From an uncultured Planctomycetaceae bacterium (GTDB taxonomy: Bacteria > Planctomycetota > Planctomycetia > Pirellulales > Thermoguttaceae): a stretch of 64,000 bases of DNA. Location: the NCBI GenBank assembly GCA_964442735.1, contig CAYUAP010000003.1, positions 23,115 to 87,114 of the forward strand, written 5' to 3'. The notes beneath the pieces were generated by a model. It made no database searches. It was not told where the DNA came from and was given only the letters and a program-made list of their open reading frames with translations. Of this stretch, positions 10,911 to 20,518 are shown in pieces; position 1 is the first letter of the stretch; the number at the start of each line of letters is the position of its first letter. The position numbers were made by a program, and so were the translations under genes.

Positions 10911-11987
10911 ATGCAAAATAACGTTATTTTCGATATTGAGAAGATAATCGATCTGTTACAAACGGGTCAGAAGCCCAAAATTGCCGTTTTGGGCGACTTC
11001 TGTCTGGATAAATATCTTTATCATGAAAGTGACCTGGACGAACGTTCCGTGGAGACGGGGAGAATAGCCCGTCAGATTCGCGGAAAAAGAATGTTCGCGG
11101 GAGTTGGAGGAACGATTACGGCCAATTTAATCGCATTGGGGGCTGATGTCTTCTGTCTCGGTATTATCGGAAATGACGGTGAAGGTTTTGATCTTCTTAA
11201 TGCGTTGCATACTCTTGGTGCTGATCTGCAAGGTATGGTTTCCACCTCCGAGGTCTATACCAATACCTATATGAAATCGATTCTTCACGATCATTCTGGC
11301 TGGACGGAAGAAGATCGAATTGATATTCGCAGTGCCAATTCCGTCTCTGACCAACTGACTGATACACTTCGTGTGAATCTGGAAGGAATACTTCCGGATC
11401 TGAACGCCGTTATTATTACGGACCAGTTTCTGGACGGGACCGGTTCCTTGATGACGGATTCCCTGCGTACAGCCATGGGAATGTTGCAGAAAAAATATCC
11501 CGAAGTCTTTTTCATTTGTGATTCACGTTTCAATCTTGACCTATATAGTGGTATTATGGTAAAATGCAATGCCGGGGAATTGATCGACTGTTGTACCAGT
11601 GCTATTCGCAAGGGATTAAAAAAAGCTACAGACGTCGATTCAGACGCGGATAATCGTATGGAAGAGATACGCCATTCCGCCGTCTGGATGGTTCAAAAGA
11701 CAGGAAAACCGGTTCTTGTTACACGTGGAGCAAAAGGGTCTCTTCTATTCGAACCGGGACCGGAACTGATTGAAACTGTGATTCCCGCACAAAAAGTCAA
11801 CCCTCCAATTGACATTTGTGGAGCGGGTGACGCAACAAATGCCGCATTGACCTTCGGACATTCAATTGGAATGACCTTGCCCGAATCCGCGTTTTTGGCC
11901 GGAGTCGCGTCCGCGATTACCATTAGAAAAATCGGAGAAACAGGGACTGCTTCCTGTGAAGAAATCATTAGGGTTTTGAGACAATAA
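10911..11987 (+). CDS. PfkB-family sugar(-phosphate) kinase, resembles the heptose-7-P kinase domain of HldE/RfaE
   Basis: KIAVLGDFCLDKYLY N-terminus. C-terminal ICGAGDATNAAL (PfkB DxxGAGD signature). ggagga RBS 7 nt upstream. 14-nt gap to the preceding gene. Confidence 0.75.
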   Translation: MQNNVIFDIEKIIDLLQTGQKPKIAVLGDFCLDKYLYHESDLDERSVETGRIARQIRGKRMFAGVGGTITANLIALGADVFCLGIIGNDGEGFDLLNALHTLGADLQGMVSTSEVYTNTYMKSILHDHSGWTEEDRIDIRSANSVSDQLTDTLRVNLEGILPDLNAVIITDQFLDGTGSLMTDSLRTAMGMLQKKYPEVFFICDSRFNLDLYSGIMVKCNAGELIDCCTSAIRKGLKKATDVDSDADNRMEEIRHSAVWMVQKTGKPVLVTRGAKGSLLFEPGPELIETVIPAQKVNPPIDICGAGDATNAALTFGHSIGMTLPESAFLAGVASAITIRKIGETGTASCEEIIRVLRQ

Positions 11988-12003
11988 AGGGAAAAAGTAA
12001 AAA

Positions 12004-13128
12004 ATGCATCAGCAGTTTCATCGAGAAGATCTCAATATTAAGCCGCTTGTTCAACGGTGTAATAAATTGGATATTCAACGGGATCATATAGATCCGGCGC
12101 ATTATCCGGTTCAATTAACACCGGAAGCGCAAAACGATGTCGATCGGGTTGTTCAGGAAATAAAAAGGGCGAAGGATCTCAATGCGGCCCGAATTCTCGC
12201 GTTTGGGGCCCATTCTATAAAGAATGGGTTGGGACCTGTCCTGATACGGTTAATGGAAGGTGGATGGATTACCCATTTCGCGACCAACGGTGCGGGTATT
12301 ATTCACGATTGGGAATTTTCATTTCAAGGGAAATCGGGGGAAGATGTTCAGCGATATACCAATGAAGGACAATTCGGAATCTGGCGGGAAACCGGTGCCT
12401 ACATTAATCTGTCTATTTTAATCGGTGCCTGGCACGGTCTGGGTTACGGTGAATCGGTCGGGACCATGATAGACGACCAGGGATTAACAATTCCAGACAC
12501 AACCGAACTGCGGGAAGCTATTATCACCGGAACGAAGGGGCAGGCAACGTACATCGAACTGGAAACGGCTGCGGCTGCGGCTGATCTCCTTGCTATTATC
12601 AAGAATTTCAATCTTCCGTCCGGTTTTATGAAAATAGAGCATCCCCATCGTCATTATTCTTTAGCCTGGAGTGCTAAAAAAAACGACGTTCCCTTTACAT
12701 GTCACCCGATGTTCGGTCATGATATTATCTATACCCATCCTTTAAATGACGGAGCGGCAATTGGCCGAACGGCACAACGTGACTTCCTCTCTTTCGTCGA
12801 TTCCGTATCTCGACTACAAGGTGGGGTCTATTTATCGGTCGGTTCGGCCATTATGTCGCCTATGATCTTCGAAAAATCGCTCTCCATGAGTCGTAATCTC
12901 GCCTTTCTGCACGGTAAAAATATCAATGATTTCTCGATTCACGTTGTTGACCTGGCCCATGCGGTCTGGGACTGGAATCAAAATGGTGAACCACCAATGG
13001 ACAATCCAGCCTATTATTTGCGATATTGTAAAACCTTCAGTCGAATGGGTGGACGTATGACCTATTGTTCCGCTGACAATCGCTCTTGGTTGGTCGCTTT
13101 ATTGAATAAACTGGAAAATAATTTTTAA
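12004..13128 (+). CDS. Conserved-looking cytoplasmic protein of unknown function; tentative deoxyhypusine-synthase-like (DHS) fold
   Basis: 374-aa ORF, 16 nt after the kinase. Segments LAFGAHSIKNGLGPVLIRLMEGGWITHFATNGAGIIHDWEF, VPFTCHPMFGHDIIY and GGVYLSVGSAIMSP loosely parallel DHS-family motifs. By-eye call only; the functional assignment is weak. Confidence 0.45.
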   Translation: MHQQFHREDLNIKPLVQRCNKLDIQRDHIDPAHYPVQLTPEAQNDVDRVVQEIKRAKDLNAARILAFGAHSIKNGLGPVLIRLMEGGWITHFATNGAGIIHDWEFSFQGKSGEDVQRYTNEGQFGIWRETGAYINLSILIGAWHGLGYGESVGTMIDDQGLTIPDTTELREAIITGTKGQATYIELETAAAAADLLAIIKNFNLPSGFMKIEHPHRHYSLAWSAKKNDVPFTCHPMFGHDIIYTHPLNDGAAIGRTAQRDFLSFVDSVSRLQGGVYLSVGSAIMSPMIFEKSLSMSRNLAFLHGKNINDFSIHVVDLAHAVWDWNQNGEPPMDNPAYYLRYCKTFSRMGGRMTYCSADNRSWLVALLNKLENNF

Positions 13129-13146
13129 TTAAAAGGAACAACAACC

Positions 13147-14601
13147 ATGACGAAAAAAAAAGTATTACTGCTACTATTATTAACAATTATGTTATTTGCG
13201 TTCCTGCCAATAACAAGAGGAGAGGAAAAACCACTTCGACTTGATTCACGTTTGGAACTTTTTGTGGATTATTATCTCGTGGATTCACTCAAGGGAACAT
13301 CCCTCAAACTGCACGAACCACGTGACGAGGGGGCGGTCTTTACATTTGACAAGCCTTGGGAAGGTGGTTCCTGTGCCTATATAACCGTTTTTAAGGATGG
13401 TGATCTCTACCGAATGTACTATCGTGGTGGCCCATCTCGGGGAAAAAGTGATAACAGTGACGAGCAGACTTGTTATGCTGAAAGTCGGGACGGTATTATT
13501 TGGACCCGTCCGAAATTAGGATTATTTCCGTTTGGTGACAATAAAGATAATAATATTATCCTTCAGGGGAATCCGCATTTCAGTCATAATTTCGCCCCCT
13601 TCCTGGATACGAAGCCTGGTATACCTGCCGATCAGAAGTACAAGGCACTCGCAGGCAGTTCCCATACTAAATTATGTGCCTTCATCTCGGCCGATGGAAT
13701 TCATTGGAAACAATGGGGGGATAAACCGGTTATCGCCTTTAAAAAATTCGCACTCGACTCCCAGAACGTCTCCTTCTGGTCTGATTCGGAACAAAAATAT
13801 ATCTGTTTTGCTCGTATTTGGGACGGTTTTCGAACGATTGCACGTTGTGAATCGAATGATTTTCTTCATTGGACTCCCGACGAAGGTATCCCCATGACCT
13901 ATGGTAATACGACCAGGGAGCATCTCTATACCAACCAGACGAAACCCTATTATCGTGCTCCGCATATCTATCTATCGACAGCGGCACGGTTCATGGAAGG
14001 CAAACAGGTCATTACAAGTGAAGAGGCCGTGAATATTCAAGTCGATAAAAACCAGATCAACGGATGCAGTGATTCGGTTTTAATGGCAACGCGAGGTGGT
14101 AATGTTTATGCACGAACGTTTATGGAAGGACTGATTCGACCGGCGAGTGATCCAGGTGATTGGACCAGTAGAACAAATTATCCCGCCTGTGGTATTGTTC
14201 AAACCGGCCCGGAGGAAATGTCTATTTACGTACAGCGCTTCTATTCACAGCCTCGTCATTGTCTCCATCGATATTCCATTCGTATCGACGGTTTCATTTC
14301 TATAAATGCTCCATATCAGGGAGGCGAATTTCTGACAAAATATTTGACCTTTACCGGAAAAAATCTGTTCCTGAACTTCTCGACAAGTGCCCCAGGTTCC
14401 ATTCAAGTTGAATTTCAGGACGAACAGGGAAAACCGATTCCCGGATACGAACTGGTCAACTCCCCCACCCTCTCCGGTAATAATATCGCCAAAGAAGTCC
14501 GTTGGAAGAACGGTATCACCCCTGAAAAACTGGCCGGAAAAACAATTCGAATCCGTTTTGTCATGAAAGATGCCGATTTATATTCCCTGCAATTCAAATA
14601 A
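13147..14601 (+). CDS. Secreted beta-propeller glycoside-hydrolase-like protein (GH32/43/68-type fold suspected)
   Basis: Signal peptide MTKKKVLLLLLLTIMLFAFLPITRG. Recurring motifs DKPWEGG..YITVFKDGDLYRMYYRG, CYAESRDGIIWTRP, FISADGIHWKQ, CESNDFLHWT typical of five-bladed propeller hydrolases. Confidence 0.55.
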   Translation: MTKKKVLLLLLLTIMLFAFLPITRGEEKPLRLDSRLELFVDYYLVDSLKGTSLKLHEPRDEGAVFTFDKPWEGGSCAYITVFKDGDLYRMYYRGGPSRGKSDNSDEQTCYAESRDGIIWTRPKLGLFPFGDNKDNNIILQGNPHFSHNFAPFLDTKPGIPADQKYKALAGSSHTKLCAFISADGIHWKQWGDKPVIAFKKFALDSQNVSFWSDSEQKYICFARIWDGFRTIARCESNDFLHWTPDEGIPMTYGNTTREHLYTNQTKPYYRAPHIYLSTAARFMEGKQVITSEEAVNIQVDKNQINGCSDSVLMATRGGNVYARTFMEGLIRPASDPGDWTSRTNYPACGIVQTGPEEMSIYVQRFYSQPRHCLHRYSIRIDGFISINAPYQGGEFLTKYLTFTGKNLFLNFSTSAPGSIQVEFQDEQGKPIPGYELVNSPTLSGNNIAKEVRWKNGITPEKLAGKTIRIRFVMKDADLYSLQFK

Positions 14602-14616
14602 TAAAGTTTCATTTAA

Positions 14617-15197
14617 ATGAAAGTGTCTGTAAAACAAACGTTATTGATCGTAATTCTAATTTCATTCTGTTGGCTGACTATACAGGCAACACATGAATTC
14701 GGACATATTACTGTTGTTTGGTTATCAGGGGGATCGATAGATCGTGTTATACTTCATCCGATGACATTTTCACGAACGGATGTAAAAGAAAATCCCCCTC
14801 CTGTTTTTGAAGTATGGAGTGGTGCGTTCGGTGGTTGTCTGTTTCCATTGTTATTCTGGGGATCGTGCATACTGCTACATCTGCCGGATGCGTTTTATTC
14901 CGTTTTTGGTCAGGCTTTTGTCTGATTGTCAACGGTTCCTATCTCGGTCTTGATTTTTCCTCCAATGGTTTTACCGATGCCGGACTATTGATACAATAGG
15001 GGGCAAACCGTTTTTCACTTGTCTGTTTCGATCTAATTGCTATTTCACCAGGATTATGGCTATGGAACGGACAGTCAAAATATTTTGGATTCGGTAACAA
15101 TGCCATACCGATCCGATGGAATACAATCTTCTTTATTTGGGGGGTGCTGACGATTACAATTATCCTTGAAATAATCTGGTGTCCTTCCATTTCCTGA
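14617..15197 (+). pseudogene. Disrupted small HExxH membrane metallopeptidase (M50-like): one frameshift plus one in-frame TAG
   Basis: Frame 1 reads MKVS...THEFGHITVVWLSGG...AFYSVF, then stops at 14923-14925. A -1 shift at the T5 run 14903-14907 continues as WSGFCLIVNGSYLGLDFSSNGFTDAGLLIQ. A TAG follows at 14997-14999. The same frame then continues GANRFSLVCFDLIAISPGLWLWNG...IIWCPSIS to the TGA at 15195-15197. Confidence 0.55.
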
Positions 15198-15408
15198 TTT
15201 ATTCAAATTATAAATGCTTTTATTGATAACCTCTGATAATTCGGACACAATCCGTTGGAACATAAAGAATAAAAACCGGATTTTCTTTTTAAAATATTTA
15301 AATTGGGCTCTTGCGGAATCTGTCTCGTTTTGTTAGAATCCAACCAAAAGAATAATGGTTGATTTTATCGATTCTAAAAAGGTCCATTTTCCGGAAGGGA
15401 AAATTCAG

Positions 15409-16683
15409 ATGAAAAAGTTATATCCGTTCATAATGTGCATAATGTTTTTTTTAGGCAATATTATATTATATGCGGAAGACGTTTATCGTTTTCGTGGTGA
15501 TAATTCACAAGGTAAATATAACGAGACTGGTTTGTTGGAATCATGGCCGGAAGAGGGGTTAACCCCGTTATGGATTAACGAAGAACTTGGAGCAGGCTGG
15601 GGTAGTGTGATAAAAGTCGGTAATCGACTCTATCTGAATGCCTTGGACGCCGATAATAAAGATAGAGAATCAATTATATGCCTTGATCTTCAAGGAAAAA
15701 AAATATGGCAGGTCCCCATTGGTATCGGTTGGATAAAAGCCTATCCTGACGCTCGTTCGACTCCGACATATATTCCCGGTAAAACAGTGGAAGATGGATT
15801 ACTAATAACAATGTCCGGAGCCGGTGAAATCTTCTGTCTTAAAGCTTCCGATGGGGCCGTTCAGTGGAGCGAACACCTCGGAAAAAAATATAATATGAAA
15901 TATGGTTACTGGGGATTGGCTGAATCCGTGGTCTATCATGATGATAAAGTATTCGTAACCGTTTGTGGTGATAAAATAATGGCTATTGCCTTAAAGATCG
16001 AGGACGGTTCCGTCGTTTGGGAAACACCGACTATTGGCGACGATTGTGCCTATGCATCTCCCATCATCTTCGAGAATCAGTTAGTTATAATGACCGGTCA
16101 AAAGATCGTTGGAATTGATAGGAAGACGGGTAAACTGCTCTGGAAGGATAATTATCAAGATACGGCAGGTGGGGCTGCTCGCGAAAAAGGGATTCACTGT
16201 AATTCACCAACGATCAAGGGAAATCAAATTTTCGTATCTTCCGGATATGACCAGGGAGGTGTTATGTACGAAATTCTACCGAATAACGAAGGAATTAAGG
16301 TTCTGTGGATGCGTAAAACACTTGATCCCCATCATGGTGGAGCTGTGGAAGTCAATGGTCGGCTCTATGGATCGAGTTGGATTAATAACGATTCTGGAAA
16401 ATGGGTTTGTCTCGACTGGAAAACAGGAGATACAATCTACGAAGAACCTTGGGGAAAATATAGTAAAGGTGTTATTATTTACGCCGATGGAAAACTCTAT
16501 ATCTACGAAGAGAAACGTGGTCAATTAGGACTGGTTAATCCCGGTGATCAATTTGACGTTATCTCCAGTTTTCCAATCAAATTCGGTAGTAAACAACATT
16601 GGAGTCATCCGATAATTTCCGATGGAATTCTTTATGTACGACGAGGTAAAGCACTTGCCGCATTCGATATTCGATGTAAATAA
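15409..16683 (+). CDS. Secreted PQQ-like / BamB-like beta-propeller repeat protein
   Basis: Signal peptide MKKLYPFIMCIMFFLGNIILYA starts at the ATG at 15409 (ggaaggga RBS). Repeated G.(I/V/L).(C/A)(L/I)D...G...W propeller blades (ICLDLQGKKIWQ, FCLKASDGAVQW, IALKIEDGSVVW, VGIDRKTGKLLW). Confidence 0.7.
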   Translation: MKKLYPFIMCIMFFLGNIILYAEDVYRFRGDNSQGKYNETGLLESWPEEGLTPLWINEELGAGWGSVIKVGNRLYLNALDADNKDRESIICLDLQGKKIWQVPIGIGWIKAYPDARSTPTYIPGKTVEDGLLITMSGAGEIFCLKASDGAVQWSEHLGKKYNMKYGYWGLAESVVYHDDKVFVTVCGDKIMAIALKIEDGSVVWETPTIGDDCAYASPIIFENQLVIMTGQKIVGIDRKTGKLLWKDNYQDTAGGAAREKGIHCNSPTIKGNQIFVSSGYDQGGVMYEILPNNEGIKVLWMRKTLDPHHGGAVEVNGRLYGSSWINNDSGKWVCLDWKTGDTIYEEPWGKYSKGVIIYADGKLYIYEEKRGQLGLVNPGDQFDVISSFPIKFGSKQHWSHPIISDGILYVRRGKALAAFDIRCK

Positions 16684-16716
16684 TACAGCAAGAGAAAAAA
16701 TCAGGGAGAAACATAC

Positions 16717-18141
16717 ATGACCAATATAAACAGACGTTCCTTTTTGACAAAAGCAACAGCCATTACATCGGGACTTTTTGTTCCGTATACATGGACAACG
16801 GTGACGAAAGGCTCGCAAATGAAGAACGACCGCTTTAATATAGCGCTCGTAGGAGCGGGAAACCGGGGCCGCGGTGATGCCCTGCGCGCTCTTCCGTTTG
16901 GCGATATCGTCGCTATTTGTGACGTCAATACACTCAACTGTGACTTGACGATAAAGTCCTTCGGTGAAAAACTTCGTCACGAGACTGCCTGTTATCAGGA
17001 TTATCGTAAACTGCTCGAACGTAAAGACATTGACGTCGTTATTCAGGCGGTAACTGACCATTGGCATACAAAAATGAATACAGAAATCCTGCAATCCGGT
17101 CGGGATTTGTATGCCGAAAAACCATTTTCACTAACAATTGCCGAAGGCAAATACATGATCAAGGTCATTAAAGAATCCGGACGTGTCTTCCAGTTAGGAA
17201 CTCAACAGAGAAGTGGTAAACAATACGAGCGAGACTGTAATCACCCACGTCCTTTTCAGGAAGCGGTCGAACTTGTTCGAAATGGTCGTGTCGGTAAATT
17301 AAAACAGGTTTGGGTTGCTATTCCTTTTTTGAGTATGAAAGGTGGTCCATTTAAAGAAGAACCTGTTCCAAGTTCCCTCGATTGGGATCTCTATCAAGGA
17401 CAGGCTCCCGTTCATTTTTATACCCCGTTACGATACAATCCATTCCGCGGATGGTATGATTATTGCGGAAGTATGGTTGCCGATTGGGGGTGTCATCATT
17501 ATGATATTGCTCAATGGGGAATGAATACCGAAAAGACAGGTCCTGTTCATATTGTCGGACGTGGTATTTTCCCAAACGAAGGGCAACCCGACTGTTTTGA
17601 TGTTCCAGACCGATTTTTCGCTCGTCTTCAATACGCTAATGGTATTGAAGTCCTTTTTTTCGTCTCTATGAACATGCGCGCAAATTATGGATGGCCTGTT
17701 GCGCCTCATACAGAAGAACCAAAAGAAAAAATTGATTGGATGTTCGGAAAAGAGGTGCCCGACGAAGTTCGGAATTCTGATCGGAATGGTGTTATGTTCA
17801 TTGGTGATAAAGGGCGTATTTTTGTCAATCGATCCGGAGTCTATGGTAAAGCCGCGGAAGAACTCAAGGATAATCCACTTCCGTCAAATGCCTGGAAGGT
17901 TCGTCCTAGCGTCGAGCACATGGAGAACTTCTTCGACTGTGTAAAATCTCGTGAACTTCCTGTTGCGGGAGATCCGGAAGTCGGTCATTGCTCGTTGGTT
18001 CCATGCCAGTTGACAAATATCTCCATTCGACTAGGGGGACGTCCTATTCGTTGGAATCCCGATAAACAGGAAATTATCGGTGACCCGGAAGCTGCTGCCA
18101 TGATGGATCGTGTACAGCGGAAACCCTATAATATTTTCTAA
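16717..18141 (+). CDS. Tat-exported Gfo/Idh/MocA-family oxidoreductase
   Basis: Twin-arginine leader MTNINRRSFLTKATAITSG. Rossmann motif NIALVGAGNRG. AICDV...DVVIQAVTDHWH typical of the family. Confidence 0.85.
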   Translation: MTNINRRSFLTKATAITSGLFVPYTWTTVTKGSQMKNDRFNIALVGAGNRGRGDALRALPFGDIVAICDVNTLNCDLTIKSFGEKLRHETACYQDYRKLLERKDIDVVIQAVTDHWHTKMNTEILQSGRDLYAEKPFSLTIAEGKYMIKVIKESGRVFQLGTQQRSGKQYERDCNHPRPFQEAVELVRNGRVGKLKQVWVAIPFLSMKGGPFKEEPVPSSLDWDLYQGQAPVHFYTPLRYNPFRGWYDYCGSMVADWGCHHYDIAQWGMNTEKTGPVHIVGRGIFPNEGQPDCFDVPDRFFARLQYANGIEVLFFVSMNMRANYGWPVAPHTEEPKEKIDWMFGKEVPDEVRNSDRNGVMFIGDKGRIFVNRSGVYGKAAEELKDNPLPSNAWKVRPSVEHMENFFDCVKSRELPVAGDPEVGHCSLVPCQLTNISIRLGGRPIRWNPDKQEIIGDPEAAAMMDRVQRKPYNIF

Positions 18142-18164
18142 CCTACCCTAAAAAGGATTTATTT

Positions 18165-19952
18165 ATGAAAAAATATATTTCTATTTTTTTAGTTTGTACT
18201 ATAATGTTTTTATCTCCGTGTGGAGTACTGTTTGCGCAATCAATTCCGAAGAATGGGAGTGAATTGCTTCGCGATGATTCTTTGTTGGCGGTTTTGAACG
18301 GTAAACAAAAAATAGGAAATTTTACCCGACTCTCCTCCGAGGGTGAAATACAACTTCAATGTGAAACAAAAAAAACGGGCGATAATCCTTGGGACTTTCA
18401 GATCCTTCTTCCAATCAAAGAGGCGGTGGAAAAAAATGATGTCCTTCTTCTGCATTTTTTCGCGAAAAATGTATCTGATAATGCAAAAACGGATTCTGTC
18501 GCGAAATACGGACATATCACTCCTTTTTTCCAGAAAAACTCGCCCGAATATGAAAAATTGTTCCAATTAAGTCTGGAGTTGGGGGACGATTTTAAAGAAT
18601 ATTCTTTTCCGTTTAAAGCCATGGCATCCTATGCGGCAGGTCAAACTGCCTGTGGTTTCTTTTTGGGATATCAGAAACAGACTGTTATCATCCATTCACT
18701 GACCTTAACCAATTATCGGAAGTCTGTCTCCATAAAAGATCTTCCGAGTACCAAAATCTACTATAAAGGCCAGGATCCAAAAGCGCTCTGGCGCCAGGAA
18801 GCCATAAAACGAATTGAGAAAATTCGCAAAAGCGATATGACCATTCAGGTCCAGGATAAAAATGGAACACCGATTCCGAATGCCGACGTATCTGTAGCGA
18901 TGACTCGGCATGCGTTTGGATTCGGATCTGCCGTAAACGCCAGACTTCTGACCGATAAAAGTCCAGATGCGGTTAAATATCAAAAAATCGTCGAGGAATG
19001 TTTTTCCCGTGTCGTTTTCGAAAACGATCTCAAATGGCTATCTTGGGAACGTGGACATGACCGAACACTTGAGGCGGTTGATTGGCTTCGTGATCGGGGA
19101 ATAGAAATTCGCGGTCACTGTCTAATCTGGCCTTCCTGGCGATATACGCCGGGGGATCTGCGTACTCTCGCCGATAAAACGGAAATATTACGCAAGAGAA
19201 TAAACCAACATATTATGGATGAAACATCGACCTTAAAGGGAAAAATCTACGAATGGGACGTTATTAACGAACCCTATACCAATAACGATGTTATGAAAGT
19301 CCTTGGAGACGAGGAAATGATCTCCTGGTTTAAAATAGCGCATCAAGGTGATCCCAATGCAAAATTAGCCTTAAATGATTTTTCCATCATTATTGGAGGC
19401 GGTCACGATCAAAAGCATCAGGATCATTTTTATAATACATTGCGTTTTTTGAAGGAAGGGGGAGCTCCAATTTCCAGTCTGGGTATTCAAGGTCATTTCG
19501 GCAGAACCGTTACTCCCCCCGAACGTATACTTGAAATACTTGACAGATATGCCGGATTGAATTTGGAAATAACGATAACAGAACATGATATTGATACGAA
19601 TGACGAGGAACTTCAAGCCGATTTCACTCGTGATCTTTTAATTGTATTGTTTAGTCATCCGGGTGTAATTGGAGTTTTAAATTGGGGGTTCTGGGAACGA
19701 GCCCATTGGCGTCCAAACAGTGCCTATTATCGTGCAGACTGGTCCATAAAACCGGCGGGAGAAGTTTGGCGCGATCTGGTTCTCCGTCAATGGTGGACAA
19801 AAGACAATGGAAAAACCGATTCCGGAGGAATCTATAAAATACGCGGTTTTCTGGGTGACTATAATATCAATGTTTCCATTCCGGGTAAATCAAAATCCAT
19901 AAAGACAAAACTTGAGAAAAAAGGAACAAACCTGATTATTCATGTCGATTGA
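18165..19952 (+). CDS. Secreted endo-1,4-beta-xylanase, GH10 catalytic domain with N-terminal carbohydrate-binding-like module
   Basis: Signal peptide. GH10 signatures GHCLIWPSW, YEWDVINEP (acid/base Glu) and LEITITEHDID (nucleophile Glu). Confidence 0.85.
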   Translation: MKKYISIFLVCTIMFLSPCGVLFAQSIPKNGSELLRDDSLLAVLNGKQKIGNFTRLSSEGEIQLQCETKKTGDNPWDFQILLPIKEAVEKNDVLLLHFFAKNVSDNAKTDSVAKYGHITPFFQKNSPEYEKLFQLSLELGDDFKEYSFPFKAMASYAAGQTACGFFLGYQKQTVIIHSLTLTNYRKSVSIKDLPSTKIYYKGQDPKALWRQEAIKRIEKIRKSDMTIQVQDKNGTPIPNADVSVAMTRHAFGFGSAVNARLLTDKSPDAVKYQKIVEECFSRVVFENDLKWLSWERGHDRTLEAVDWLRDRGIEIRGHCLIWPSWRYTPGDLRTLADKTEILRKRINQHIMDETSTLKGKIYEWDVINEPYTNNDVMKVLGDEEMISWFKIAHQGDPNAKLALNDFSIIIGGGHDQKHQDHFYNTLRFLKEGGAPISSLGIQGHFGRTVTPPERILEILDRYAGLNLEITITEHDIDTNDEELQADFTRDLLIVLFSHPGVIGVLNWGFWERAHWRPNSAYYRADWSIKPAGEVWRDLVLRQWWTKDNGKTDSGGIYKIRGFLGDYNINVSIPGKSKSIKTKLEKKGTNLIIHVD

Positions 19953-20148
19953 ACACGATTTATTATAAAAGAACTATTGGTTCCCGTATCTGGATAAAAT
20001 AACATGAATGGAATAAAAAGGTATTATAAAAAGGGTACATTTTTATCAAATTCGTAATGATTTATGGTATAGACTCCAGGTCGGGAATACCGGTCTCTAC
20101 GAACAGTCACAGACCGTATATTTTAAATATCGTCTTCAAAACTCCTTC

Positions 20149-20223
20149 TACACTCTTGATTGGATATACTCTTGATTGGATATACTCTTGATTGGATACA
20201 CTCTTGATTGGATACACTCTTGG
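20149..20223. repeat. 16-bp tandem repeat, about 4.7 units (ta[ct]actcttgattgga)
   Basis: Read directly: tacactcttgattgga tatactcttgattgga tatactcttgattgga tacactcttgattgga tacactcttgg. Sits in the convergent intergenic region after the xylanase gene. Confidence 0.95.
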
Positions 20224-20518
20224 TAACATCTGGGCCTTCCTTGCAGAGAATTGGTTATATTTATAATAACATCAGAAATCCGGTTTTTTGTAATTGTCAG
20301 ATTTTTAAAGGATTGGAATATAGTATAAAAACTATAAATACAGTACGGAAAGCTCAATTAATTAGCCGTGATAAATAAAATTTTTAAATCAGTCACCTTG
20401 TTCCGTAAAAATATGGGTTCATCTTCTTGAGATGAATGACAAGTTTCAGGAGTAGTCTGAAATATAAAAAGACGTGTGTTTCTCGTTATTTCTGTTTTCT
20501 TTTTCATGTCAAAGTTCT

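Noticed and set aside
20149-20223. Tandem arrays (also 22471-22518 and 49583-49738) considered as CRISPR
   Set aside because: The units are contiguous with no spacers, are only 12-16 bp long, and there are no cas genes.
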